Of a DNA stretch of 64,000 nt, positions 1 to 9,655 are shown one piece after another. Location: NCBI GenBank assembly GCA_017428635.1, contig JAFRQK010000008.1, positions 1,410 to 65,409 on the forward strand, given 5' to 3'. This DNA is from Clostridia bacterium. Its GTDB lineage: Bacteria > Bacillota > Clostridia > Oscillospirales > CAG-272. The position numbers and the translations under genes are program-made. Numbering within the stretch: position 1 is the stretch's first letter; each line of letters opens with the position of its first letter. The notes under the pieces were generated by a model. The model was not told where the DNA came from and ran no database searches. It saw only the letters and a program-made list of their open reading frames with translations.

Positions 1-1
1 T

Positions 2-1858
2 CGGATCGCGGAAGACGAGGCCCCCCTTTCCCTTCTTTCCGATCCGGTCGCCTTCAAAATCAGAAAAGAAGGAGATCCCGTCGCGCTTTACGAAAAGGAT
101 ATCAAAGTTACACCGCGCGGGACGATGAGATCGGTCTTTTCCGCCTGTGCCGAGGCGGACGAGCTGAAGATCGAAAGCGAAATATCATACGAAGCGGACG
201 GGTTTATCGACTGCGAAATAAAAGTAACTCCCGGAAAAGACGGCGAGTATGAGTTTGTGCTCACCGCGTCGTTGTTTGAAAACGCAGCGACGTATATGAT
301 GGGAATGTGCCGCGAGGGCGGAAGAGTTCCGGCCTTTTGGGAATACAGATGGCGCGAAGACCGCGACGGCAACGTCGTTTGGCTCGGCTGCCCCCGGGGA
401 GGATTTCAAATCAGGCTCATGCAGGATGACGACCACTGGGGCGGCGTAAAACCGCTTCCGGAATCGTGGTCGAACCGCGGTCGCGGAAAGATGACGGTCC
501 GCCGTCTTCCCGGCGAAGGAAAGGTCGCCTTTAAGGCGGAAACCGGGAAGATGGCAGTTTTCGCCGGGCATACGGTCCTGTTTCATTTTCACATTATCGT
601 AACTCCGCTTCATCCCGTCGACTACGAAAGCCACTTCACGAAACGTTACTACCAGTCGAACAGCTGGCACAGCGACGAGCCGATCGTTTCGCTCGAACGC
701 GCGAAAGAGTTCGGCGCGAGCACGGTTATTCTGCATCAGGGCGGTCCTCTTAACGAGAACATTAATTATCCGTTCCATCTTGCCGGAAAGCTGAAAGCGG
801 AAGTCGACCGCGCGCACTCGATGGGATTGAAATACAAGATATATTACACGGTGCGCGAACTCTCGAATTACACGACGGAGATATGGGCGCTGCGATCGCT
901 CGGCGACGAGATCTATTACACCGGGACGGATTTCCGGCTTGCAGACTTCTTTGAAACGGACGACGAAAAGGTCAAAGAGCGACCGAGCGGCGGACCGTGG
1001 CTGATCGAGCATCTTTCCGACGGGTTCTGCCCTGCGTGGCATCAGCCGCTGGCAAGCGGCGAGTACGACTGCGCAGTCAGAACACAGCACCGCTCGAGAT
1101 GGCATAACTATTATCTCAAAGGGCTCGAGTGGCTGATGACTGTCGTCGGGATAGACGGGTTGTATCTCGACGGGATCGGTTACAACCGTCACATCACGCG
1201 CAGATTAAGACGGATCATGAAGAACATCAAGGAAGACTGCGATATCGATATCCACCTCGGGAACGAGCATTCGCCGTTTTACGGATACAGAACTCCGACG
1301 TGCGATTATCTGGAACATTTCGCGTACGCGGATAAGATCTGGGTAGGCGAGGGCTACGATTATCAGAACGAAGGCCCGGACTATTTTCTGACCGAGATCT
1401 GCGGACTTCCGCTGGGTCTGACCTCGGAAATGCTGGAAGGCGGGGGGAATCCGTGGCGAGGAGCGGTATTCGGTATGACGACGCGAGCCGGTTGGTCTCA
1501 GGGAGGTCTTACCCTTCCGATCTGGAAGGTATGGGATGAATTCGGGATCGCAGATTCCCGAATATTCGGGTATTGGAACCCGAAATGTCCGGTCACGACC
1601 GAGAGCGATTCCGTCAAAGCGACGGCGTTCGTAAAAGAAAACGGACAGACTCTGATCGCGGTCGCGTCGTGGATGCCGACCGACCGGGAATTCATTCTTT
1701 CGGTCGACCGCGGCGCGCTCGGGATAAAGGGCGACTTCGAACTGTACGCGCCGAAGATCGAAAGTTTTCAGGAAGAGGCGACTTTTTCTTCCGGCGACCG
1801 GATACCGATCGCGTATCCGAAAGGATGGATCTTTATCCTTAAAAGGATTGATCATTAA
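2..1858 (+). CDS. Glycoside hydrolase-like protein (GH123/DUF4091-type), N-terminus outside window
   Basis: The frame of listed ORF 125..1858 has no stop back to nt 2, so the gene is probably 5'-truncated by the window edge. No signal peptide is visible. Barrel-like central region (GASTVILHQGG, GIDGLYLDGIGY). The family call is from memory of DUF4091/GH123 proteins, not a search. Confidence 0.55.
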   Translation, partial: RIAEDEAPLSLLSDPVAFKIRKEGDPVALYEKDIKVTPRGTMRSVFSACAEADELKIESEISYEADGFIDCEIKVTPGKDGEYEFVLTASLFENAATYMMGMCREGGRVPAFWEYRWREDRDGNVVWLGCPRGGFQIRLMQDDDHWGGVKPLPESWSNRGRGKMTVRRLPGEGKVAFKAETGKMAVFAGHTVLFHFHIIVTPLHPVDYESHFTKRYYQSNSWHSDEPIVSLERAKEFGASTVILHQGGPLNENINYPFHLAGKLKAEVDRAHSMGLKYKIYYTVRELSNYTTEIWALRSLGDEIYYTGTDFRLADFFETDDEKVKERPSGGPWLIEHLSDGFCPAWHQPLASGEYDCAVRTQHRSRWHNYYLKGLEWLMTVVGIDGLYLDGIGYNRHITRRLRRIMKNIKEDCDIDIHLGNEHSPFYGYRTPTCDYLEHFAYADKIWVGEGYDYQNEGPDYFLTEICGLPLGLTSEMLEGGGNPWRGAVFGMTTRAGWSQGGLTLPIWKVWDEFGIADSRIFGYWNPKCPVTTESDSVKATAFVKENGQTLIAVASWMPTDREFILSVDRGALGIKGDFELYAPKIESFQEEATFSSGDRIPIAYPKGWIFILKRIDH

Positions 1859-1947
1859 AGAATCCCGGACTATGCGTCGACCGGACTGTTCTTCGGAAGG
1901 AAATACGAAAAACGAATACTTTTTACCAATATATATTGTTTTCGTGA

Positions 1948-1976
1948 TTGACAACCTGCACAATATATGGTAGAAT
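1948..1976 (+). promoter_or_regulatory. Sigma-A type promoter (TTGACA, 17 nt, TGgTAGAAT) for the GH27 operon
   Basis: -35 TTGACA at 1948-1953, 17-nt spacer, extended -10 TGgTAGAAT ending at 1976. It lies about 70 nt upstream of ATG 2048. Confidence 0.6.
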
Positions 1977-2047
1977 AACGTACGATGCGGGGACGCAGTT
2001 TTTGCGCCCCCGCTTTTCAGGAAAAAACCAACGGAAAGGATGAAAAC

Positions 2048-3175
2048 ATGATAATCAACAAACCGCCCATGGGTTGGAACTCATGGAACACGTTCGGCTG
2101 GGAAATCAACGATCAGGTCATCCGGGATACGGCGGATATAATGGTATCCTCCGGTCTGAAGGACGCCGGTTACGAATACGTCGTGATCGACGACTGTTAC
2201 GCCCTGAGAGACAGAGACGCCGACGGTAAGATAGTCCCCGATCCGGACAAGTTCCCTTACGGGATGAAAGCCCTCTCCGACTACGTCCACTCCAAGGGTC
2301 TCAAATTCGGAATGTACTCCTGCGCGGGCGTTATGACGTGCGCATGGTATCCGTCGAGTTACGACAAAGAATTCATTGACGCTCAGACGTTCGCGGACTG
2401 GGGCGTCGACTACCTCAAATACGATTTCTGCAACTTCCCGAAGAGCGCCGATCCGGTCATGGCATACGCCAGAATGAGCATGGCGCTCAAGGCGACCGGA
2501 CGCGACATCGTCTTCTCCGCCTGCAACTGGGGCGACTGCGAAGTCGAAAAGTGGATCCGCTCGACCGGCGCGCACCTGTACCGCTCCACCGGAGACATCG
2601 GCGAGAGATTCTCGGCGATACTGAATAACTGCCGCTCGCAGGACGAGAAGATCCGTTATTCCGCTCCCGGCTGCTTCAACGACATGGATATGCTCGTCGT
2701 CGGAATGGACGGCATCGGCAACGTCGGCCACCCGGGTCTCTGCGGCGATACCGAATACAAAACGCACTTCGCTCTTTGGTGCCTCAACTCACAGCCCCTT
2801 ATGATGGGCTCCGACCTGCGGAAACTCCGTCCGGAGATCCTCGAACTGCTTACGAACAAAGATCTTCTCAGGATCGACCAGGATGAGGAATGCCGTCCTC
2901 CGATGTACTCAAGCATTAAGGGCGACAACAGGCCGACGTTCTTCAAGCATCTGTCGAACAGACAGTTCGCGCTCGGATTCTTCAACCTCGACGACACGCC
3001 CGGCAGCGCCGACTTCCGTCCGTGGGATATCGGATTCCCGACAACGTCGGGCATCGGGATGATGCTTCGCGACGTTTTCACCGGCGAAGTCATCGGTCCG
3101 GTCAACGACTATATGACAATGTATCTCGAACCGCACGATTGCCGCGTATATCTCGGCGAATGGGTCACGATGTGA
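2048..3175 (+). CDS. GH27 alpha-galactosidase / alpha-N-acetylgalactosaminidase family protein
   Basis: Motifs PPMGWNSWNTF, VVIDDCY, YLKYDFCN and CFNDMDMLVVG are typical of GH27. Start moved from 1985 to ATG 2048, which is preceded by GGAAAGGA. No signal peptide. Confidence 0.85.
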   Translation: MIINKPPMGWNSWNTFGWEINDQVIRDTADIMVSSGLKDAGYEYVVIDDCYALRDRDADGKIVPDPDKFPYGMKALSDYVHSKGLKFGMYSCAGVMTCAWYPSSYDKEFIDAQTFADWGVDYLKYDFCNFPKSADPVMAYARMSMALKATGRDIVFSACNWGDCEVEKWIRSTGAHLYRSTGDIGERFSAILNNCRSQDEKIRYSAPGCFNDMDMLVVGMDGIGNVGHPGLCGDTEYKTHFALWCLNSQPLMMGSDLRKLRPEILELLTNKDLLRIDQDEECRPPMYSSIKGDNRPTFFKHLSNRQFALGFFNLDDTPGSADFRPWDIGFPTTSGIGMMLRDVFTGEVIGPVNDYMTMYLEPHDCRVYLGEWVTM

Positions 3176-3202
3176 CGATCACAAGAGAAAGGAAGTAGAG
3201 AA

Positions 3203-4336
3203 ATGATAGTCAGAACACCTCCGATGGGTTGGAACACGTGGAACACGTTCGGTGAGAATATCAACGAAGCCCTTATCATGGAAACGTGCGACGCAATGGT
3301 CGAAAAAGGTCTGCGCAACGCAGGATATCAGTACATCGTCATCGACGACTGCTGGAGCATGGACGAGAGAGACTCCGAGGGCCGCCTTCAGGCAGATCCC
3401 GTGAAGTTCCCGCACGGTATGAAATATCTCGCCGACTACATCCATTCGAAAGGAATGAAGATCGGTATGTATTCCTGCTGCGGTCCCAGGACCTGCGCGG
3501 GATATCCCGGATCGCTCGATCACGAGTTCATCGACGCAAAATTCTTCGCCGACAACGAGATCGACTACCTCAAATACGACTACTGTTACCATCCCCGCAA
3601 CCTGAACTGCAGTACCCTTTACAACAGAATGAGAATGGCTCTGAACGCCACCGGGCGCGATATCGTCTTCTCTGTCTGCAACTGGGGCGACGACGGGACC
3701 CTCGAATGGATCCGCGCCGTGGGCGGCGATCTGTACCGCTCCACCGGAGACATCGAAGACAGTTTCAGGTCGATAATGGATATCTTTAACAGCCAGATCA
3801 ACAACTTTGCTCTCTCGGGACCGAGCTGCTTCAACGATATGGATATGCTCGTCTGCGGCATGAACAACAAAGGCAACGTGTCAGCCGGCGGCTGCACGTT
3901 CGAGGAGTACAAAACGCACTTCGCACTGTGGTGCATGGCGCAGAGCCCGCTCATGATCGGCTGCGACGTGAGGAACGTTGACGACGATATCCTCGCTTTG
4001 CTGAAAAATCCCGATCTGATCGCGATCAATCAGGACCCCGGCGTCCGTCCGATCATCCCCGTAAATATGTTCAACGAGGAACGTTACCCGGCGTACGCGA
4101 AGCATCTTGAAAACGGCGAATACGCGTTCTCGCTCACCAACCTCGAAGACGAAACGCGGGAAGTATTTCTTATCCTTGCGGATATGGGGCTGCCGCTCGA
4201 CGGTCACTGGGGCTTCAAACTCCGCGACTGCATCACGGGCGAGGAGATCGACCGCGTGGCGGAAGATATTATCAAAGCCGAAGTCAAAGCTCACTCGACT
4301 AAGGTGTTCAGAGGTAAACTCGTCAGGGTAAGATGA
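3203..4336 (+). CDS. GH27 alpha-galactosidase family protein (tandem paralog)
   Basis: Same motif set (PPMGWNTWNTF, IVIDDCW, YLKYDYCY, CFNDMDMLVCG). RBS GAAAGGAAG lies upstream. It is collinear with the preceding GH27 gene. Confidence 0.85.
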   Translation: MIVRTPPMGWNTWNTFGENINEALIMETCDAMVEKGLRNAGYQYIVIDDCWSMDERDSEGRLQADPVKFPHGMKYLADYIHSKGMKIGMYSCCGPRTCAGYPGSLDHEFIDAKFFADNEIDYLKYDYCYHPRNLNCSTLYNRMRMALNATGRDIVFSVCNWGDDGTLEWIRAVGGDLYRSTGDIEDSFRSIMDIFNSQINNFALSGPSCFNDMDMLVCGMNNKGNVSAGGCTFEEYKTHFALWCMAQSPLMIGCDVRNVDDDILALLKNPDLIAINQDPGVRPIIPVNMFNEERYPAYAKHLENGEYAFSLTNLEDETREVFLILADMGLPLDGHWGFKLRDCITGEEIDRVAEDIIKAEVKAHSTKVFRGKLVRVR

Positions 4337-4566
4337 CCGGAAGCTACAAAAGAGGAAACATTCCCGTATATGAGGACAGATATATCTGTATAAAATGCGG
4401 GAAGAAGATCGGAAAACTCGACGAGGGACTTCACAAAAAAATGATAAACCGGGGCGCGGAGCAATGGATGTGCGTCGACTGCCTCGGAGAGTATATCGGA
4501 GTCTCGCGCGAGGAACTCCTCAAAAAAGCGGAATACTTCAAAAAGATGGGTTGTACCCTGTTCTGA
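4333..4566 (+). CDS. Small zinc-ribbon-like protein (77 aa), function unknown
   Basis: ATGA start/stop overlap with the upstream GH27 gene suggests translational coupling. Two CxxC pairs (CIKCGKK, CVDCLGEY). A strong terminator follows. Confidence 0.5.
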   Translation: MTGSYKRGNIPVYEDRYICIKCGKKIGKLDEGLHKKMINRGAEQWMCVDCLGEYIGVSREELLKKAEYFKKMGCTLF

Positions 4567-4572
4567 AAACGA

Positions 4573-4615
4573 ATCGCCGCGTCCGGATCGGACGCGGCGG
4601 ATTTGTTTTATTTTT
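4573..4615. terminator. Bidirectional intrinsic terminator between convergent genes
   Basis: 11-bp GC stem cgccgcgtccg/cggacgcggcg (4575-4585 with 4589-4599), followed by ttgttttattttt on the + strand. It sits between the zinc-ribbon gene (+) and rqcH (-). Confidence 0.75.
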
Positions 4616-6374
4616 GCATTGAATTTACTTTATCCGGATCAGGGTCGACGAATACGGTGCGGTTCGTGTGGTAGATGACAAAGCCGGGTTTTGCACCGGT
4701 CGGCTTTTTGATCTCCTTTACCCTCGTTACGTCGACGGGGACCTGAGCGCTCTCGCTGAGTTTCGAGTTATGCGCGGCGATCAGCGCGGCATCGGTGATC
4801 GCGCCGTCGGGCGGCGTTTCCTCTGCGTCGTCGAGGATCAGGATAACGTGAGAGCCGGGATAACCTTTTACGTGGAACCAAAGATCCCGTTTTGAAGCGG
4901 TCTTGAACGTCAGGGCGTCGTTCGCTACGTTGTTCTTCCCGCAAAGGACCGTGTGGCCGTCCTGCGTTTCATATTTAATAATAAGCGGAGCGGTCTTCTT
5001 TTTGGGAGAATAGTTTTTCATCCTTGACGCATACCCGGACGAATAAAGTTCGGCTCGTATCTCTGCAAGTTCCGCCTCGCCTTTCGCACGGGAGAGCGCG
5101 TCAAGGACCGATTCGACGTACGAAAGCTCGTCATCGTCTTTTTTGATCTGCTCGGCGAGCTTCACTTTCGCCGTCTTTGATTTCGCATATTTTTTATAAT
5201 AAAACTGGGCGTTCTGAGCGGGCGTCAGACGTTCGGAAAGGGGGACCTCCACCGTTTCGCCGTTTTCGTAATAGTTCGGGAGAGACGCCGAGATCATTCC
5301 TCTTTTGAGCGCATAAATATTTGCCGTTATAAGGTCGCCCCAGAGCCGGTATTTCTCGCCGTCCTCGCACCTCTCGAGTTCCTCGCGCTGAAGGGCGGAT
5401 TTTTTCTCGATCCTCGTCTTTGCGTTTCCGAGGATACGTAAGATATCGGAAGCGCGTCTTTTCAGCCGTTCCTCGTTCGCCCGACGTTCATAAAAAGCGT
5501 CAATCAGCTCAGAGACGGTATCGAAACGCTCGCATTTATTCGGGGCATACTGAGTCAATTCAAAGAAAGAATACGCGACGGGAAGACCGTCTTCTCCGGT
5601 AACAAGGGACGGCGCTTTTTTACCCGACGACAAGAGATTTGAAAAACGCAGGAATTCCTCGCGAAGAAGGTCGCCGCATTCGGTGACGGTCGCCGAAACG
5701 GAACCGGAAACGCGGTATACGATCTCGCGGGCGTTGACCGAGGCGATCCCGGCATAAGTCCGTGTCAGAAATTTTTCAGCGGAAGAATCGGGATCCGCCG
5801 CGCGAGCCGCGGCGTTGAACCCGTCCGCGGTCGCCTCTCTCGGATCGAGTTTACCCTGAGCCGACGGGAGAGTATACGTAAGACCGGGTATGAGCTGGCG
5901 TACCTTGCTTGCGGAGAAGTCGATCGGTTTGAGAACTCCGATTATTTTTGAGTTTTCGGTATCATCGCCTTCCGTCAGTATGACGTTTCCGTATCTGCCC
6001 ATGATCTCGACGATCATATTTTTACGGGTCTTGAATCCCATCTCGTCGCGGCACTCGAATTCAAGGAAGGCGATCCTGTCAAACGACGGGAGACGCGCTC
6101 CGACGAGATGCGCGCCGCTGAAATGTTTTCTCATCTGCATACAGAACATCGGTGGCGCTGCGGGGTTTTCGATCTTGTACGAAGTGACGTTCATACGAGG
6201 GGTGGATGAGCCGACATTAATGAGAACGCGGCAGTCTTTGCCGTTCGCATGAAACGAGAGAACGATCTCGTCCCTCTCGGGCTGCATTATCTTGTCCAGG
6301 CGTCCGCCGCGAACGCTTTCGTTGATCTCTTCGGCGACGTAGGACATCATACATGCGTCGTATGCCGTTTTCAC
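4608..6374 (-). CDS. rqcH: Ribosome quality-control protein RqcH (NFACT / fibronectin-binding protein A family)
   Basis: 588 aa. N-terminal NFACT-N-like region (GGRLDKIMQPERDEIVLSF), coiled-coil middle, C-terminal DUF814-like motif DLWFHVKGYPGSHVIL. Confidence 0.8.
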   Translation of the reverse strand: MKTAYDACMMSYVAEEINESVRGGRLDKIMQPERDEIVLSFHANGKDCRVLINVGSSTPRMNVTSYKIENPAAPPMFCMQMRKHFSGAHLVGARLPSFDRIAFLEFECRDEMGFKTRKNMIVEIMGRYGNVILTEGDDTENSKIIGVLKPIDFSASKVRQLIPGLTYTLPSAQGKLDPREATADGFNAAARAADPDSSAEKFLTRTYAGIASVNAREIVYRVSGSVSATVTECGDLLREEFLRFSNLLSSGKKAPSLVTGEDGLPVAYSFFELTQYAPNKCERFDTVSELIDAFYERRANEERLKRRASDILRILGNAKTRIEKKSALQREELERCEDGEKYRLWGDLITANIYALKRGMISASLPNYYENGETVEVPLSERLTPAQNAQFYYKKYAKSKTAKVKLAEQIKKDDDELSYVESVLDALSRAKGEAELAEIRAELYSSGYASRMKNYSPKKKTAPLIIKYETQDGHTVLCGKNNVANDALTFKTASKRDLWFHVKGYPGSHVILILDDAEETPPDGAITDAALIAAHNSKLSESAQVPVDVTRVKEIKKPTGAKPGFVIYHTNRTVFVDPDPDKVNSMQK

Positions 6375-6970
6375 TCCCCTCCCTTCCTGTAAAAACCCGC
6401 CGTCAGCCGTCTTCCGGTCTTTATGAAGCCCGCTTTTTCGGCGACCCTCAAAGACGGCGCGTTGTCCGTTTCCGTCACGTACTTCGCGGTTTTGCCTTTA
6501 TTGACGATAAGGTCTCTGAGCGCGGATACGCACCGCGTACCGTACCCCTGCGATCTGTATTCTTCCTCGGTCTGTACGTATATCTCTACCTTTCCGTCTT
6601 CTTCCGGCAGATCGTTAACGGACGCGAACGAAACGGGTACCCCGCCTACGGTCGCTTCCGCGTACGGTTCCGCTCCGTCGACGACGTTGACCGTGCCGGA
6701 ATACTGTAAAGCCGCGTTTGACGATTCAAATTCCGCAAAGTCGTAGATCTCCGATTCAGTATCGAATCCGAATCGCTCAAGAATAGGCGCAGATAGTTTC
6801 GCGGCGCGTGAGAACCCGTTTTCATCCGCCGTGATCTCCGAGATATCGAGCGACGGCAATACGGACAGCACCGGTTCTCCGTCATCCGGCAAATAGAGTT
6901 CCGCGGCGATACAGATATCGCTTGCCGGATCTTTTGCGACGGATTCAAATTCGATTTCGGTCCTGACCAC
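6371..6970 (-). CDS. GNAT-family N-acetyltransferase
   Basis: C-terminal acetyl-CoA-binding-like segment (RSQGYGTRCVSAL..ETDNAPSLRVAEKAGF). GTG start preceded by GGAAGGAGG. 4-nt overlap with the rqcH start. Confidence 0.6.
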   Translation of the reverse strand: MVRTEIEFESVAKDPASDICIAAELYLPDDGEPVLSVLPSLDISEITADENGFSRAAKLSAPILERFGFDTESEIYDFAEFESSNAALQYSGTVNVVDGAEPYAEATVGGVPVSFASVNDLPEEDGKVEIYVQTEEEYRSQGYGTRCVSALRDLIVNKGKTAKYVTETDNAPSLRVAEKAGFIKTGRRLTAGFYRKGGE

Positions 6971-7096
6971 GGATCGCCGCCTCCTTCCCGGACAAGATAA
7001 CGGGAATGATCCCGTGTTCTTATTCTACCAAAGAGGCGGGGTGATGTCAACTCGGCGTAACCCGACGGGGTACGTTCATGAAAAAGAGAAAAAGTG

Positions 7097-7125
7097 TAGA
7101 CTCTTAACTATAAATGTGATATAAT
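7097..7125 (+). promoter_or_regulatory. Candidate sigma-A promoter for lon (TAGACT, 17 nt, TGaTATAAT)
   Basis: Extended -10 TGaTATAAT at 7117-7125 and a weak -35 TAGACT at 7097-7102. No CIRCE or CtsR box recognised. Confidence 0.45.
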
Positions 7126-7203
7126 ATTTTTATTATGGCGGAGTGTTGTCTTCCGCCGTAACGCAATACTTTTCAATCAGCGCAATTATGAAAGGAAACC
7201 CTC

Positions 7204-9645
7204 ATGCCCAAGTTTTTTGAAAGAATCGAAAGTCTCGTCCTCCCCGTGATACCGCTTAGGGGGCTCGTGGCTTTTCCGAACGTACCGATCAATTTCGAAC
7301 TTTCGCGCGATATCTCCCTTAACGCATGCCAGGCGGCGCTTAAGGGCGATACCTACGCGCTTCTGCTTTCGCAGCGCGATCCGTCGGTCGACAACCCCGC
7401 CGCTTCCGATCTTTTCAAGACCGGCTGTATCTCGAAAATCAAGCACACTCTGAAAACTCCGGACGGAAACCTTCGCGTTATCGCCGAAGGCGTTTGCCGA
7501 GGCGTGATAACCTCCGTCTTCGAGCAGGACGGATATATGTCCGCGGAGGTCATGTCCAAAATGATGACGACCGACGTCAGATCCTCTGACGTCAGAGCCG
7601 AGGCGCTGATCCGCGAGGCGAACGAAGCGCTCAAGGGAATGCTCGAATATATGCCCGCTCCCGGCGCGGACGTTTCGCTCGCGATGCGCTCCGTCAAAAG
7701 TCCCGGCGCGCTCGCAGACTTTATCGCGGCGGGCGTACTCGTCAGGTTCGAGGACAAGCAGCAGATACTCGAGTGCGTCGATCCGATGAAACGTCTTGAA
7801 CTCGTCACGGTCTTTATGGAAAGCGAGACAAAGCTGCTGAAGACCGAGATGCAGATCCACAAGAAAGTCAAAGAACAAATCGATGAAAACCAGAGAGAGT
7901 ATTACCTCAAAGAACAACTCAAGATCATTCAGGGCGAACTCGGTCTCGACACGGGCGACGAGGTAACGGAATACCTCGACCGCATTGAAAAGACCTCGCT
8001 GCCCGAAGAGGTCAAAACAAAACTTCTGAAGGAAGTCAACCGTCTTTCCAAAACTCCGTACGGTTCGCCCGAAGCGACCGTCTCCCGCAACTATCTCGAC
8101 GTGTGTCTGGACATACCGTGGGGAAAGAAGACCCGCGATACGATCAGCGTGGAATACGCGTCGAAAGTCCTCGAGGCCGACCACGAAGGGCTCGCCGATA
8201 TCAAAGAGAGGATCCTCGAGTACATAGCGGTAAGGAAACTGAATCCCGATCTCAAAAATCAGATACTCTGCTTCGTCGGTCCTCCCGGAGTGGGCAAAAC
8301 GTCGTTCGGTAAGTCCGTGGCGCGCGCGATGAAACGTAAGTACGCGCGTATCTCGCTCGGCGGTGTGCGCGACGAATCCGATATAAGAGGACACAGAAAG
8401 ACGTATATAGGCTCGATGCCCGGCCGTATCGTCGACGCGATAATCGACGCGGGCGTGATGAATCCGCTGATCCAGCTCGACGAAGTCGACAAGCTCGGTC
8501 AGGATATCCACGGCGACCCCGCCTCCGCCCTGCTCGAAGTACTCGACAGCGAACAGAACAAGGCGTTCAGGGATCATTTCATCGAGATCCCCGTCGACCT
8601 TTCCGACTGTATCTTCATCGCGACGGCAAACACGCTGGAGACCGTTCCCGCGCCGCTGATCGACAGGATGGAGATCATCGAGATGCACACGTACACGCCG
8701 ACCGAAAAGTTGGCTATCGCGGAAAAGCATCTTATCCCAAAACAACTCAAAAGGCACGGGCTTACGAAGAGAACGTGCAGGATCACGCGCGACGCCGTTT
8801 CCGAACTTATCGACGGGTATACGAGAGAATCGGGCGTGCGTAATCTCGAACGCGAGATCGGCGCGCTCTGCCGTAAATCCGCAAAGAAGATCGCAACCGG
8901 AGAGGCAAAGAGCGTCACGGTCAAACGCGGCGACGTCGCGAAGTTCCTCGGCGCGAGAAAGTTCATCGACGATCCGACGGAAAAGATCGATCCCGTAGGC
9001 GTTGTGAACGGTCTTGCGTATACCGAAGTCGGGGGAGACGTTCTCAAGATCGAGGCGTCCGTTATGGACGGTTCGGGCAAACTCGAGCTGACCGGAACGC
9101 TCGGCGACGTGATGAAGGAATCTGCGAAGATCGCGCTGAGTTATCTGCGCGCTCACGCTGACGACGTGCGCCGCGACGGAGAGTTTTACAAAACCCACGA
9201 TATTCACATCCACGTACCGGAAGGCGCCGTTCCCAAGGACGGGCCGTCCGCGGGCGTGACGATGACGTGCGCGCTTTATTCGATCCTGACTGGCAAAAAG
9301 GTCCGTGCCGATACAGCAATGACCGGAGAGGTCACTCTGACCGGAAGAGTGCTTGCCATCGGCGGGCTGCGCGAAAAGGTCACAGCCGCGTATAACGCGG
9401 GGATAAAGAGAATAATAATACCGCAAACGAACGTCGCCGATCTTGAAAAGATCGACCCGGAAGTGAAATCGGAGATCACGTTCATACCCTGCACCCGCGT
9501 TGAAGAAGTACTGAAAAACGCGATGAGGGACGACGTACCCGCCTTCAGAACGGCGCGTAAAGAAGAGGACAAAGGCGAGCGGGTCAAAGTCATCCCCGCC
9601 GTTTCCGATTCAGCCGACAGAAGGCGCGGAAGATCCGATACATAA
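7204..9645 (+). CDS. lon: ATP-dependent Lon protease (LonA)
   Basis: 813 aa. Lon N-domain, Walker A GPPGVGKTS, Walker B, proteolytic Ser motif PKDGPSAGVTM. Confidence 0.95.
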   Translation: MPKFFERIESLVLPVIPLRGLVAFPNVPINFELSRDISLNACQAALKGDTYALLLSQRDPSVDNPAASDLFKTGCISKIKHTLKTPDGNLRVIAEGVCRGVITSVFEQDGYMSAEVMSKMMTTDVRSSDVRAEALIREANEALKGMLEYMPAPGADVSLAMRSVKSPGALADFIAAGVLVRFEDKQQILECVDPMKRLELVTVFMESETKLLKTEMQIHKKVKEQIDENQREYYLKEQLKIIQGELGLDTGDEVTEYLDRIEKTSLPEEVKTKLLKEVNRLSKTPYGSPEATVSRNYLDVCLDIPWGKKTRDTISVEYASKVLEADHEGLADIKERILEYIAVRKLNPDLKNQILCFVGPPGVGKTSFGKSVARAMKRKYARISLGGVRDESDIRGHRKTYIGSMPGRIVDAIIDAGVMNPLIQLDEVDKLGQDIHGDPASALLEVLDSEQNKAFRDHFIEIPVDLSDCIFIATANTLETVPAPLIDRMEIIEMHTYTPTEKLAIAEKHLIPKQLKRHGLTKRTCRITRDAVSELIDGYTRESGVRNLEREIGALCRKSAKKIATGEAKSVTVKRGDVAKFLGARKFIDDPTEKIDPVGVVNGLAYTEVGGDVLKIEASVMDGSGKLELTGTLGDVMKESAKIALSYLRAHADDVRRDGEFYKTHDIHIHVPEGAVPKDGPSAGVTMTCALYSILTGKKVRADTAMTGEVTLTGRVLAIGGLREKVTAAYNAGIKRIIIPQTNVADLEKIDPEVKSEITFIPCTRVEEVLKNAMRDDVPAFRTARKEEDKGERVKVIPAVSDSADRRRGRSDT

Positions 9646-9655
9646 GGACGGAAAA

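Noticed and set aside
185-1963. 335-aa and 252-aa minus-strand ORFs opposite the first glycosidase gene
   Set aside because: They are antisense shadows of a gene with coding-like composition. No RBS or motifs.
1985-2047. Upstream extensions of several ORFs as listed (1985, 10225, 16095, 17951, 37172, 40495, 55937)
   Set aside because: In each case the extension overlaps the preceding gene or lies upstream of the promoter. An internal ATG with a proper Shine-Dalgarno sequence matches the conserved protein N-terminus.
7186-9426. 746-aa ORF on the minus strand
   Set aside because: It is entirely antisense to lon, which has unambiguous Walker and Ser-protease motifs. The antisense product is Arg/Asp/Phe-rich, has no motifs and has no RBS.
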